Assembly: GCA_976226885.1 (NCBI GenBank) | Contig: OZ320313.1 | Span: 119,102,001-119,166,000 of the forward strand | Length of the DNA: 64,000 nucleotides | Source: Iphione sp. A-MEVVRFRX5 | Lineage: Eukaryota | Reading direction: 5' to 3' | Shown: positions 26,342 through 38,640 of the stretch, piece after piece | Position numbering within the stretch: the stretch's first letter is position 1 | Layout of the letters: the number at the start of each line of letters is the position of its first letter | Program-made: the position numbers and the translations under genes | The notes under the pieces: model-generated | The model's database searches: none | Seen by the model: the letters and a program-made list of their open reading frames with translations, nothing else | Told to the model about the DNA's origin: nothing

Positions 26342-26649
26342 CCTCAGAAGATCTAAAATGATCCCAAACATTCTAACCAAAGGAAAACGTTCTTAAAATG
26401 TTGTAAAATGGTTGCAAACGCTGTAACCAAATAAAAACGTTCTGAAAACGTTGTAAAATGGTTGCTAACGTTATAACCAAATAAAAACGTTATAAAACAT
26501 TCTTAAAACGTTCTGCACTGCTTGGGAAAATAATAAATGAACTGTCTTGAACAAAGTCTTTGTACAAATTATTACACAACCACTTGTGATTTTCAATTCT
26601 AGTCATGTAGACATTCAAACACAGTCAGTAGAGCAAGTCCATGCAGTCT

Positions 26650-29640
26650 TTTTTGGTTGACTACAACCTCCTTTAACATGCTTATATTTTGGGTGTGGCT
26701 CTGGCTTTGGCTCAGGGTCAGAGTCCTGGTCTGAGCTGGAGCCCTCCATTTGTCTGAATGTTGCCTCCTGGTCCTCCTTCTCCTCTAAAGTGTCCAGGGT
26801 CTGGGCACACCCACAGCCCCTACCTCTGCCTCTGCCTCAGCCCCTGCCTCATGCAGGGCCTTGCTGAGCAGATCCTGGAGCTGGTCCTGGCTTTGTATCC
26901 GATTCTGCTTCTGTCACCACGGCTTTAAAACAGAGGGCTTTGGGCACATGATGTCTTTGCTCTCCTCTGTGCAAAAGTCTCTGATGTTCTTGAAGAGATA
27001 CCACTCTCTCTTGGTGGACAAATGAGAGGAGGGAACAGGTGGGGGAGGGTCGCTGGGGACAGCTTGGGGATTAACACTTAGCATCTTGAAAGTGTTTGGC
27101 TGGCTGTCTGCATACTGTTGGAAGCAAATAATCCCAAGGTTCTGGTTTGAGAACTCAAAATGGTAACGTTGCTTAATACCTTGCAAATATCAGATAAAAG
27201 GCAAGAGGAAAGCTTGCCAGTCATAGGATGGCACTTGAACATTCCCAGACTTGTCTCCAACAAGTTGGGCAATATTGACCTGATCCTGTGTACTCTTTAG
27301 TATTGTCTGAGATAACTCGGATAGGCTACAGACAGGCTCATGCCAAAACTTCTGTTTCAGCAAACCGAAGTACCAGTCTGGGACAAACTTCATGTGGTCC
27401 ATAATAAGAAAGTTAACAGTGATTGTTTTGTGTCAACCAGTCGGGACCCTTCACATGAGATATGCTAGCACCTGATTATTCTTGTTCTGGCCACTGCAGT
27501 TGTCACCGTGCAGATCAACAGAGCATGACCCCAGATCAAACATCTCAAAATAGTGGTGCAAATAGGAGATTACAGCATTGGCTCCCTTACTCCCACAGTG
27601 TCCCTCATCCATAAGATGGTTGACCAACTTAGGAATAGCCTCATTACACACCCCAAAGATACCCACCTTCTGTGGGACTAGAAAATAAAGTGGACCTGGC
27701 TGCATAGGGCAGGAGGGGAGATGGACCTGCTGGGCCTAGTCAAAACTGATGTGGGCTGCTATGTCCACCAAACAGGGGGTGGGGAGTGGACCAAAGGCTG
27801 GGGCATTGGCTTCCGAATGGGCAGACATTCTTCACCATATTCTGATAAATGTCCTCTCTGCTGTTACTACCTCAAGATATTTCTGCTGCTTCTTAAGCTT
27901 TGCTGCCTTGACTACCTTAGAGAGATTACTGGATGAGGAATTGTCCCTGTAGTTATGCTGACATTCCTAACATAGGTCAGTTCTGGGCTGGGAACAAACC
28001 ATATAGGGGAGAAGTTGCGGCCACAGATTCCAGAATGTAGAGTCAGCTACACACCTGTACTGAGACTCCTCCATGGCTTGATGATACAGTTTGTAGATGT
28101 CAGCCTTAGTTGCACATGAGGGAAGGAGGAGGATATCATCTCGTTTGTGGGTAGCTACACAGCCAGTTAGGACAAGGGCATTGGTCTCTGCAAACAAAGT
28201 GGTGAACCCTGCAACTCTCTGGATGCGGTTGAGGATGAGGATCTTGGTTTTGGACTGTCTGCCACCAGCCCTCTTGATACAGGGGGCAATGCTATTGTCC
28301 TTACACCATTAAATGATGTTGGTGAGTTTGTTTTGGCTAATGCTGGAAGGTAAAGGGAAACACCCTTGACATCTAACCAAGATAGAAGGCCATCAATGCA
28401 GGTAGGTTGTAGCATCTAATTGGTGGGTGGTTACATACTCCAAGTTCATGACTCCTCTGACATAGTTATCTTTTAGCTCATAATGTTACCACTATAAATG
28501 CAGGGAAATAACATTTATTATTATGGTACCTGGAAGGAAATGAGTACAAGAATGAGGGATACTCACACATACATGAACTTAAAGGTTTTCCTGCATAATT
28601 ATGACCTTGGAACCAACTATGTAGTGGCTGCATGGAACATGTCCTTCATGCTTCCCCTTTCCCCCCTTCTTCCGTGTTGATGTCATGGAACTTATGTCTG
28701 TAACCATGCTTATAATGCCTTGTAGTAGCATGTCCTTTTCCCCTAGAAGAGATGGGTATACAGGAGGTCTGATAGAGATGGATAGGATTGACATGGGATT
28801 TTTTTTTGCTGGCAATGGTGAAACTGACAAGGTAAAAATAATAATTTTGGCAAACATCACATTGAAGTGTTCTTTGGAGCTACACATCTTCACTAAGAAT
28901 TGCAAAATGGTCGCTACTAGTTTCAACAAGTTTGGGAAACAATAATTACCTGAGGACAGCTGGAAAACTGTTTGCTACAGTTGTCATCATTGTAGTGTTT
29001 ACACAAACACCTACAGGAAATGTTCACATGGTCAGTTTTCCTTAGTTTAAAAAATTCTAACATGGTCCTAAATAAAAATGTAATGGTAAAAATTCATTCT
29101 AACCTGTTCACAAGAGACTTCAGAACCCGCAAAGGGATTTGCAACCACAGAGACAATATTCTAAGTTGTTTCTTAGATTGATGGAATTGACTACAAGTTA
29201 TCATTAAAGCTGATTAAAAATGGCCCCAAATACAAATGCAATGGTTAAAAGCTATTCTAATATCTTCACAAAATACTTCAGAATCTGCAAGAGGATTTGC
29301 AACTACAGAGACAGCAAGTCACCATTATAATAGATTAAAAAATCTCACCTGAAGATTTTGCAGCATGTCCACTCATCTCAGAGGATCTGCTCTGTAGGAT
29401 CAGTGACTACCAATGGATCATCAACTTCCACTAAGGGTTCCTCCTCCTCTTCCTTATATTGTCTTTCTACCTGTTCAACATCCTGCTCCTCCTCCAAGCC
29501 TTCCTCCACCTCTTCCTCATAGAGAAAGTACTCATCAATGAGATTCCACCATTGTGCCTCGGCAGCCACACCATGTTAATTGGCCCAAATGATGTTGTTT
29601 AAAGTGTCTGCCAAGGCTTCAGGCCAACCCATGGCCATGC
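26650..29640 (-). mobile_element. Sola-like (probably Sola2) DNA transposase relic, intron-containing
   Basis: Minus-strand translation gives FAETNA, LLPS..TKADIYKLY, PRTDLC, HISFD*AQQVHLP..QPGPLYFL, KGANAVISYLHH, HGDNCSGQNKN, HMKFVPDWYFGLLK and WYLFKNIRDFC..KDIMCPKP, with several nonsense codons. The superfamily name comes from recalled DNCxGQNKN/DDD-triad motifs. Element ends are unresolved. Confidence 0.8.
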
Positions 29641-31344
29641 CTGGTTGTTGGCAGACACTTCTGCATCTAAATACTATGTTATTTCCATCTTTATCAATTA
29701 TCATCCACAGAGCACAGACCCATGTCTGCTCACAGAGAAGCCAGACTTTTAAACTGACCTAAACAAATACATGCCGGAGGCTCTCGACCAGTCAGAACAC
29801 TGCATTCGCAACACATGATCCCAATAGCAATGACTGTTTACACGATGATTCCCTTTAAAATGCCTGGTCATTGGTCAGAAAGAATGCACTTTCAAAATCT
29901 GAAGCAGTCATTGGCTAGAAAACTTCGCGCTCTTTCAGCAGGTACCCAGGAAGTGGGCCTGGGATAATGGGAGAACTGCTAGATGAGCTGCTGAAGTTTG
30001 GAAAAAATCATCCCAAGCAAAGGTTCTTTTGTCTTTTTACATCAAGGCATCCACCAAATTTATTGCCATATTGCAGGCACTTATAGTCATCATGGGAGTC
30101 TAATAATTATACAGAATAAACTTCAGACAATATAAACAATCAAAACCCCATTTGATGGAGTTACAACTTTGGAGGTCCATATCTTGGTGTTAGCCCCTGC
30201 AACTTCCAACTCATTTTGCTGCAACGGGTCACAATTGAAGGCTGAGCAATGATCAGCAGGGCAGGTGGAAGATATCGTCCCCAAAAAGTGTTGTTTTCAT
30301 GTTCTTACAATGAATTAAGACTTTCTAATCTAAAAAGAAAATAGCTATTTCTATCATCTCTACCTCTTGCTAATATTAATTCATTAACCTTAACATACCC
30401 CCAAAATGCTACATTTAAAATTAGCCATTTTCTTTGTACATGTACACCATCGTAAAAGAAAGATATGGTCATCATCATGTGAAAGGCAAGACCACATTCC
30501 TATCAGACATCCAGTACAATGAGCCCACAGAATGTGCTGCACTGTCTTAATGTTCATGGAACACCATATGATAGGATATTGTTTGATCGCTGAGGGGTCA
30601 GTTGTCCCATTAGACTTACCAAGTATGCAACAGTTATCTCCAAATCCCAAACTGTCTAAAGAATGTATGTGCCTGCCCCGGGTGCCTGATTATATTTGAA
30701 CCTACCACAACTCCATGTAAAATTTTTATCTGTTACATGTATATATTGAGTCTTACTTAGTCTAATTTCCAACTTGTTTCGACAGAATATGTCCAGAAAT
30801 TTCTTATTTTTGGATAGTGAGTGTTCGAAAATTGAGTCCTGACTATATATACATGTACATGATACAAATAATATCTTTGCATTTGAAAGCAAGCGACTGT
30901 GATCAGGACTATGACGAGTATGAACACTTTATCTACAAGATGAGATTAAATTCCAGTAATACATTAACGGAATTATTACAGTATGCTTGTAGTAGCAGCC
31001 GCGATTTTTAAAAAAGCACTATTTAGCAGGAGATATCACATGAACAGGATAACGAAAAAAACAGCCACTCTGAAAGGTTCATGGTTTCCAGACCGTCGCC
31101 ACATGCAAAGTGGAGGGAGGGTGAATGTGAATCAAGCTGTGACATATTATCGGGTGCACCATGGGGACTGCTGTCTGGCGAACTTCATGGTATACTACAG
31201 ACACACACACATTATCGTCCTTACAAATGTTTTTGTTGAAAAGTTCTATTTACTGCTAATTCCCTTTCATTCAGGTGTTTCACACAAGATGGCAAGCTGA
31301 TTGGTATCAACATGTTGCGTGGATTGGGCAATAGTGTCATGATG

Positions 31345-32350
31345 CTAGTAATCCGTGTAGCACTTGTTAAAGATCCAGTATGTTTTTTCCAACATGGTCT
31401 CAAAGGACTGATTTCCTGTATGGTAATGTTTAATTATCCATATTAAGGTACATCCTGTTGTACAATTGTATGTAACCAATGCTAAGCATGAATCAAGTAT
31501 TGCTGGATATGTCATTGGCACAGGATGCATGCCATTTTCTCTGATTTTCCATCTACATTCATCTGGTGTTGGAATGTTTGGTTGTGGTTCATTTGCTTCC
31601 AACCATATCATAGTTTGAAAGTAGCTTCTCTTAATTTGATGGACAAGTACTTCACTTGTTGGTGGTGGGCATTCAGGTTTCATTTCTATTTTGAAAAAAA
31701 TAACCCTTACTATGTTAGTTGTATTCTTGGGAACTTTGTGCTGCTTACAAACAAATTCCTCCCATTGTGCAATAGTGTCTTCTACTAGCTGGTCTCTCTC
31801 AAGATGGGACAGAAGATTAGCTTTCTGAAGGTATACATACAGTCCCATTTTGTTTGTATGATCCGCAGAAAATAAACTTGCATTTAATCCCGTCAAAGCA
31901 CGGAAGGCTAGCAATGTTGCTCTGGATATTTCTAATTAAAAATTCCAGCTATTCAGTACATCATTTACTGGGACAAACTTCTGCTTTTTGCTTGTCCCTG
32001 TCTTCATAGACACTTTTTTACCACCAGAAAAATGTGCCAGCAGGAGCAACAACACATCTGCATCCTATAACCACACTGTGATTTCAAGTTAATTTATATG
32101 GAGACAGTGTAGTATAAAGTGAGTGTCTGCCTCCTCCTGTGTACTCTGTAAGGCATCAACACTTACCTGTTGCTTGTTGCATGAAGCAAAGTTCTCTTCT
32201 CTAGTAAGAGTGTTCATTTTGGTTTCACAGCGATATTCTCATTACATATCATTCTTTTACACAGCTCGTCCATGAGGAGTGACTTCAACCATTTGTCAAG
32301 GTGCCATCCATTTCAGAGGGTTATGGGCACAGGACATTTCATAGCTTTGT
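31345..32350 (-). mobile_element. Academ (AcademX)-like transposase relic: XPG/PIN-type nuclease region plus Cys-rich C-terminus
   Basis: LQSTQEEADTHFILH (32122-32145), DADVLLLLLAH, MKTGTSKKQKFVPV, LLAFRALTG, PPPTSEVLVHQIKRSYFQTMIW, PTPDECRW and CLALVTYNCTTGC. Stops and frameshifts are present. Confidence 0.72.
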
Positions 32351-35300
32351 ATCTGTACTAGATCTACTTGCCTCCCTGTTTCAAAAGATATACTAAGAGA
32401 TTTCTCATCACAATTTACAAAGCCTCCTATTATCACCCACTACCATATTCCAAGAGTATTTTACAAAGATTCTTCAAATATATTCAAGTTAACAATGCAT
32501 TAGCAACTGTCCTAGTGAATCACTAGTTACTCATGTTCTATATCACACAAACTAGTTGAGAAAGAAAAACTATATTGACCTGTAAAGTGCCAATTCTGTA
32601 GTCCTCCTCTGTACTGTACCTTTCTGCTTTTAACTGTTGATTTTTTAATTTTGAATTTTCACCACTAGGTGGCACGCACACTACTTGACAACAATGCCAA
32701 TACTGGACCAATACTGGGCCATTACATCATTTAGATCATACAAAACACACAAGGTATTGGCTACTATTGGCTGGGTAATGGCTTTTATCTGCCATTACAA
32801 CCAGTACCTAACTGTACAAAACTGGTATTGGACCAATACAGGTATGTTTACTGGGTTGTAATGTGAGCTCAGTCTCTGACAAGGAAGGCAATGAGAAATG
32901 ATAACAACTATCATAAAATATGGTTCAATCCAAATGCAGAAATCTAACCTGCTGGAATGGTGCTCTCTCAGAGTGCAAGTGAGAGAATAACTGTTTATTA
33001 CAGGAAAAAGTACAGTCTTATATACTCCTGTAGAAAGGTCACATCATACTGTGATTATGTTATAATGTCTCAGAATAGTAATGCCCCAGACATATGTCTG
33101 GCTTCTGTACTAAAATAGACCCCATCTAGACATTCGGTCTAGACTATTGCTAAAAATAACCTCTGCAACCTGCTGATTGGTTGCTCTTGTAGTGGCTCCT
33201 GTAAAGTTACCAGTGTGGTTAAAGGAGTGGCCACGTGATCAATCTTACGCAATACCTGGACATCAGATTATACAATAACAATCAACCTTGTTGTCTAGTA
33301 TTAGCTCATACTCACACCATGTGGTAAGGAACCAGTGGATGACAAGCACATCTCCACTACAACCTATGAGAAAAGGCCGCTCTATTGTAGGCTCCTAATA
33401 ACTGACATCAAATATATTGGTCTGCTGCTGTCAAGGGCATCTAAAAGGATGATGAACAAATACGCATGCCACTGTAGGATTGATGTCAATATATTCTTCC
33501 TGTGCGGTGATGGATTCAATCATATAGCTACCAAAAGTGTGCGTGTCTATAGATCCAGTGACACATATTGGCTACCAGCATCTGTTACTAGAGCCCGTCA
33601 TTTTTCTATCCCTGTCTGGTTTCTGACAATACTGATCCATATTCTATATAGGAACACATCATAAATTAGATGGATACTGTCAGAATTGACAAATTCTGTT
33701 AACGTTTGCTAGTAGTATAAGCACAAGGGCTGACCAGAAACATATGTGCATATGTTGCCTTTAACCAGATGTTAACTAACAACGGACTATATATTTTTGT
33801 ATGGATGAGTCTGTCGGGGGGGGGGGTCACATCACCAGAGCATTTATCACGTTTCTCCCTGAGAAGGGCGACTGTTCCCACCTCCGTATCACTAACAGTA
33901 CTTGGCTAGTTACTGCTCACGAATCGGATGTTGCTGTCTGCTTCAATTAGTTCGATCATGTTGAAGAATACGACACAGCAAACTATATAGGACATTTAGA
34001 TTGAAACGGATGGGAAAAGGGTGCTTTTCAGCTATCATTTAGTGGACACATTATATCCCTGCTATTCACATCACGTCTGCTATTCCTTAACGGGGGTTGA
34101 GGAGGGGGGCGGGTTGGTAATGAGCCCTTTGGGGCTCCAGCCTCATACCATTGGGTGACACAGCAGTTTGAGTATCAGAGTTGCCAGGCTGCGAATTCGT
34201 GGTCAGACAAAGCGACTTTGTCTAGAGGGAAGCCAGCATAGTGCGGTGGCAAGCCATACATGTGTTAGATGTACTGACATCTGTAGGTACCTGTATATAT
34301 CCACCCTTGCTGTCACCTGAGTATAATCTCCACCTTGAGTGTCTTCGGCTGGTTTTACTCATCAGCATTAGATTTCCTCCAGGTATCTTAAAATACTCTC
34401 GTCGCCTGCACTTCACAGATAATGCACCTTCATCGGTTTTCTCCTTTGTGAGAACGTCTGGCAAGTAATTAATGTAATTACATCTTTTTAATTATTTTTT
34501 GCCTTCTTGTGTAAATAATCATGCGGCATCTTTAGTATAAATCTATGAATATTATTTAGTCAGTCTGTTAATGACACATAATTATGTATGTTCCTCGGGA
34601 GTAAATTCAATTTCATTTTATAGGGTCATGTTGTAGACATCTTCATTATTAGTTTTCATATGTTGGCTATACCCAAGTCAGTCAGAGGTAGAATGGTACA
34701 GTTAAAGGGAAAGCTTAGGAACCTAAGAAAGCCATTTGTTGGGCGCCGTCAGAGACATCATGGCACAAGAACTCACATTAGGACCCTCCACTAACACATG
34801 AACCCATCCACTACCAACTACAAGTATATCGGGGCATGCTTTCCACCTCGTCTATGCTGAGAGGAATTTCCCTGAAAGATATTTGGAAAACGGGAGTATA
34901 GTTGTTCAAACGTTGCAACCAGGGAAGCAAGCGCTCATGTTTGATCAGTTTTACTGGGCTGCCAGTTCCGAGACTCGAAGAACATGGCCACAATTTTGCT
35001 ACGTGTCTGACCAGCAGTATTGCTGCAAGGCAGGAGATCTCTGTGATATTATTACAGCCATTGGATTCTTGGGATGGGGCTGGTCAATACATCTTAGTGT
35101 ATCATCTGTTTGTGGGTATGCTGTTTGAGGCTGATTTGAGTTGGAGCCCTAGTATGATCGACACACAAAAGCCAGCTTAAAACCAGAGGGTCATTATCCC
35201 CAGAGAATTTGCTGTGGTCTTTTCGACTTGCCCTTCGTCTTATCCACCCCTTCCCAGTTTCCTACCCTTTTCAGTCGATACACCACTGGGTAATGTACTG

Positions 35301-36025
35301 TGAACTCATGCAAAAACTCTATCAAAATCAATCCATTATAGTTTCAAATCTTAAACCTAGTACAGCAATATGAGAGACTACTGTCCAACGTTGTTCCATT
35401 TTTATGATAATATACCTTCACACACACTGTTTGTATGCGGGAAGGTTTTTCTTTGTTTAGCTGCTTCGTAGCAATACGCTTTGCAATACATTTGGCTATG
35501 AACCGTTGTGAGAGGTCTCTCTCAACTGTTCCAGTATTTCAAACCTCGAAAATATGATTTCCTGTTTAACTAGAGGGGACTCGATCTCGATTTGTCCTAT
35601 GCTAATATGTAGAGAAGTGTGCTGTGTCCAGTCAGAACAAGCGTAGGCATGAAAAACGTTGCATAATGATATATAATATGTCCACTTAAACGAAAACAGT
35701 GTGATCAAATTTCAAAATATCTGCAATAAAGCCAACTTACCATACCCCGTTGATGCGTTTTGATGTTTGCAACCATTCATCTGTAATGTTTAATAACTGG
35801 CAATATTAAATTGGTAGACGCTGAATTTGCAGATATTCCCATGGACATCAACGGTAGTCCTTTGTATCAGCCCAAATAAATATTTATCAGATAGAAAACA
35901 GACTGGAACAGGAAAATATGTTTATATTGACCCAGATCCTCATATTGAACTTCATAGATTAAAGTACACATGTAATATTTTCAGGAAAGTGAATAATTGT
36001 TTGGTCATGAACAAAATTCTCCCTA

Positions 36026-36371
36026 GGCCAAAAAAATAGGTGTGTTTCTGGTAACGACCACCTGAAAACCTAGGTAGGAAGGGGGGTATCTTTTTTTTTT
36101 TTAATTTTCTTTCCACTTTCTTCTTTGGGTTTTCAAAAATAATAAAGATAATATAAAGAATTTTGACCAATTTGCAGTTTTTTGCAGAATTTCCATGGAT
36201 TTGGCTGGGTTTTTTTTTTTACTGAATTTACCAAAAAAACATGTGCCATGAAAACATGTATCTGAGGAAATTCAGCCTTGGAAACTCTTTGGGGCTAAAG
36301 CATTTTTAGGTAGGGTGAGGTTTTACTAGGTAGGTGTGGGTTACCAGAAACACACCTATTTCTTTTTGGCC
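36026..36371. mobile_element. PIF/Harbinger-like MITE, copy 1
   Basis: About 30-bp TIRs GGCCAAAAAAATAGGTGTGTTTCTGGTAAC, flanks CTA/TTA. Homologous to 40742-41084 and 57340-57701 but in opposite orientation. Confidence 0.8.
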
Positions 36372-38501
36372 TTAATGTTTAAATGTCCCTGCCACTAAGC
36401 ACTGTAAGTTGCAGGCTAGCAGAAATTAGAAACTACACAGATTTACAACAAATTTCAAACAATGGGATACATTACATGTATATGTATTTTGCTATGATGA
36501 TATGGGACAAGAGAGGATAAGAGAAAACACTTGACACAGACAGAGAAGCCAAAGATGTAAAACCTCACGTCAATGTCAACCGATATTCACCGCCACCCTG
36601 TCCGCGCCATCATTAGGTTTATTGTCCCTATGTTGTTCATGTCTCCAAACAGCGCCTCCGGCGGTTTTAACAGCAAGTAAAACATCTCCAGAGCCTACTG
36701 ATTCCTTCCTCTTGCTCCGAGGGTATTTTCGCATTCTCCATGCCCTTCCCATCACCAGCAGAGTTCTTCACCGAGCTGCAGCACTACATTAAGGACAACA
36801 ATTCCGAAGATCTGCATTGACAAAGGCTAAAACCATTGAGAGCCTAACTACATATTGGTCCATGTAGTTCAGCCAAAGACGTTGTAGAGACTGCAACAAT
36901 ATAGACCATAGGTGGATGCCATGTACCACCCAAGCGGTGCATTTGAAATGGGGTGCGTAGACACGTCGGATTTATCATTTAGCCTACTGTGACAAAAGAT
37001 CGTCTTGAAATAGTGTAGTGAACGATGTCATTGTGTATGAATCAGCCTACTTAAACCAATAAAGAAAATGAATGAGTTAGAGTGCTTTCTGGGGAATTTT
37101 CAACAAATTAACACTGTCACTTCATGAAGACCCATCAATTAGTACAATGTAGATATGGAAGGGATAATCGAGCCTGACAGAAATGGCTGCAATAAGTCAC
37201 TCGCCTTCATTCTATATTTATTGCCGCGTCTGGCCTCGGCCGGTATTCCTAGTCGCCGAATACTATAACATTTGGTAGCAGATTATTCATTTTATGGTAA
37301 TACTATCTTTCCATTTTTATGAATGTATATATTAAAAACCATCTACTTGAACTCGTGATTACTTACAAAGAAACGCGTCGTAAGGTTATCATCTATGTCT
37401 ACCGGGACAGTAATGTTACCCTGTGGTAGATTGACAATAACGTATCCAATTTTACTCTGGTTAAAATTTCAACATGTACATATACGCGTATTGATCTGGG
37501 ACTACTGCGCTACCAAGGCGTCAATACCTGCACGGTGTCCACATTGTTGCACGATATACCCTGCAAGTGGCGTCCTCTCACGACGTCTGCGCGAGGTGGC
37601 AACACGAAGAGTCCGTCTGTGTTGCCACGACATCTTACGTTTGGCACGAAAAACTTTCTCGGTTCTCTATCGGGATCTAATTCCTTTCAATATAACTTTA
37701 TATCTTTTATTTAACGATTAACTAATGGCAAAAGACCAATAAATACCATCTGTATCGTTGACACAAATTAAAGTGTTTTGGCTAGACCCAACGGTTTTAG
37801 ATTTACACAGACGTCATCATTATCATAAAGTAATTCTCAACATTTGGTGGACAATGTGGTAGTAAAATAGAACTTAAATGTCCGAATATATCATATTAAA
37901 TTCTTTTGTCTACCAGAGAAACAAAGTATACCCAGAGGGTGGAAGTACTAATATCGTTCAAGATTAACCTTTCGAGAATGAGAAGAGGGCAACACTTTAT
38001 AAGCAGCCGTACGGTTATAAAGGGTTCGCCATTTGCAGATATTAACGAGGAACATGCACTGTACATTATGAATTCCGTAGGGGGAAGACACATACATGTG
38101 GGGAGCCCCGTTTCAATATACATGTAGGTATACAATCAGCTTTCTGGTGCACTATGCATGGTCTGTATGAAGTTGAGAGATACACTGAATCACACGAGGG
38201 TCAATTTTCAAGCTGTTTATTTGCCGCACAGCAGTCTCTTTATATATTCTCTGTCAGAATGTCAAGCCCATCAAAACATGTCTCCCTGATAGTAAACCGA
38301 TCACAGGACACTAATACCAGAAGAAACACTGTAACTCCTCTAAAAATAACACCTTGAACAAATCAGCTACCTCTCTTTTGATTATAATACAAAGTATCAG
38401 TTATTCACAATGGTCTCATCCAAAAGCATTACATATTAGCCAAAAATAGAGAGTGGCGTGATGTTTGAGTGGTCAATGGTACACAAGCAGATTAAATGGT
38501 A

Positions 38502-38590
38502 GGGGTGCCAGTTCTAGAGAACAGGGCACCTTCGACTGTCCTCGGACAATCGAAATCCAAAGAAGAAGAAGAAGAAGAAGAAGAAGAAGA
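38502..38590 (+). mobile_element. 89-bp 5'-truncated retroposon tail with (GAA)n end
   Basis: Flanked by a perfect 13-bp TSD AGATTAAATGGTA (38489-38501 and 38591-38603). It has a terminal hairpin TTCGACTGTCC-TC-GGACAATCGAA and about 10 GAA units. Confidence 0.85.
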
Positions 38591-38640
38591 AGATTAAATG
38601 GTACTGTTCATTGCAGGTTCTAGAACTGAATGTTTATGTA

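Larger units (their letters stand above)
25805..26526. mobile_element. CMC/EnSpm-type non-autonomous element with internal insertion
   Basis: Termini CCCAGCCAACACAGAAACGTT and AACGTTCTGCACTGCTTGGG form imperfect TIRs, with an AA duplication on both sides. Subterminal AAAACGTT repeats are numerous. It contains a tRNA-like head and a minisatellite. Confidence 0.7.

Noticed and set aside
21490-26361. Pro/Thr-rich ORFs 21490-21828, 21503-21802 and 25954-26361 as genes
   Set aside because: They are produced by 60/51-bp tandem repeats inside MITEs and have no splice or promoter support.
34900-35150. HIRAN-like fragment (LRCIDQPHPKNPMAV...CGHVLR) on the minus strand
   Set aside because: Short, interrupted by stops, and the similarity is within chance level without an HMM test.
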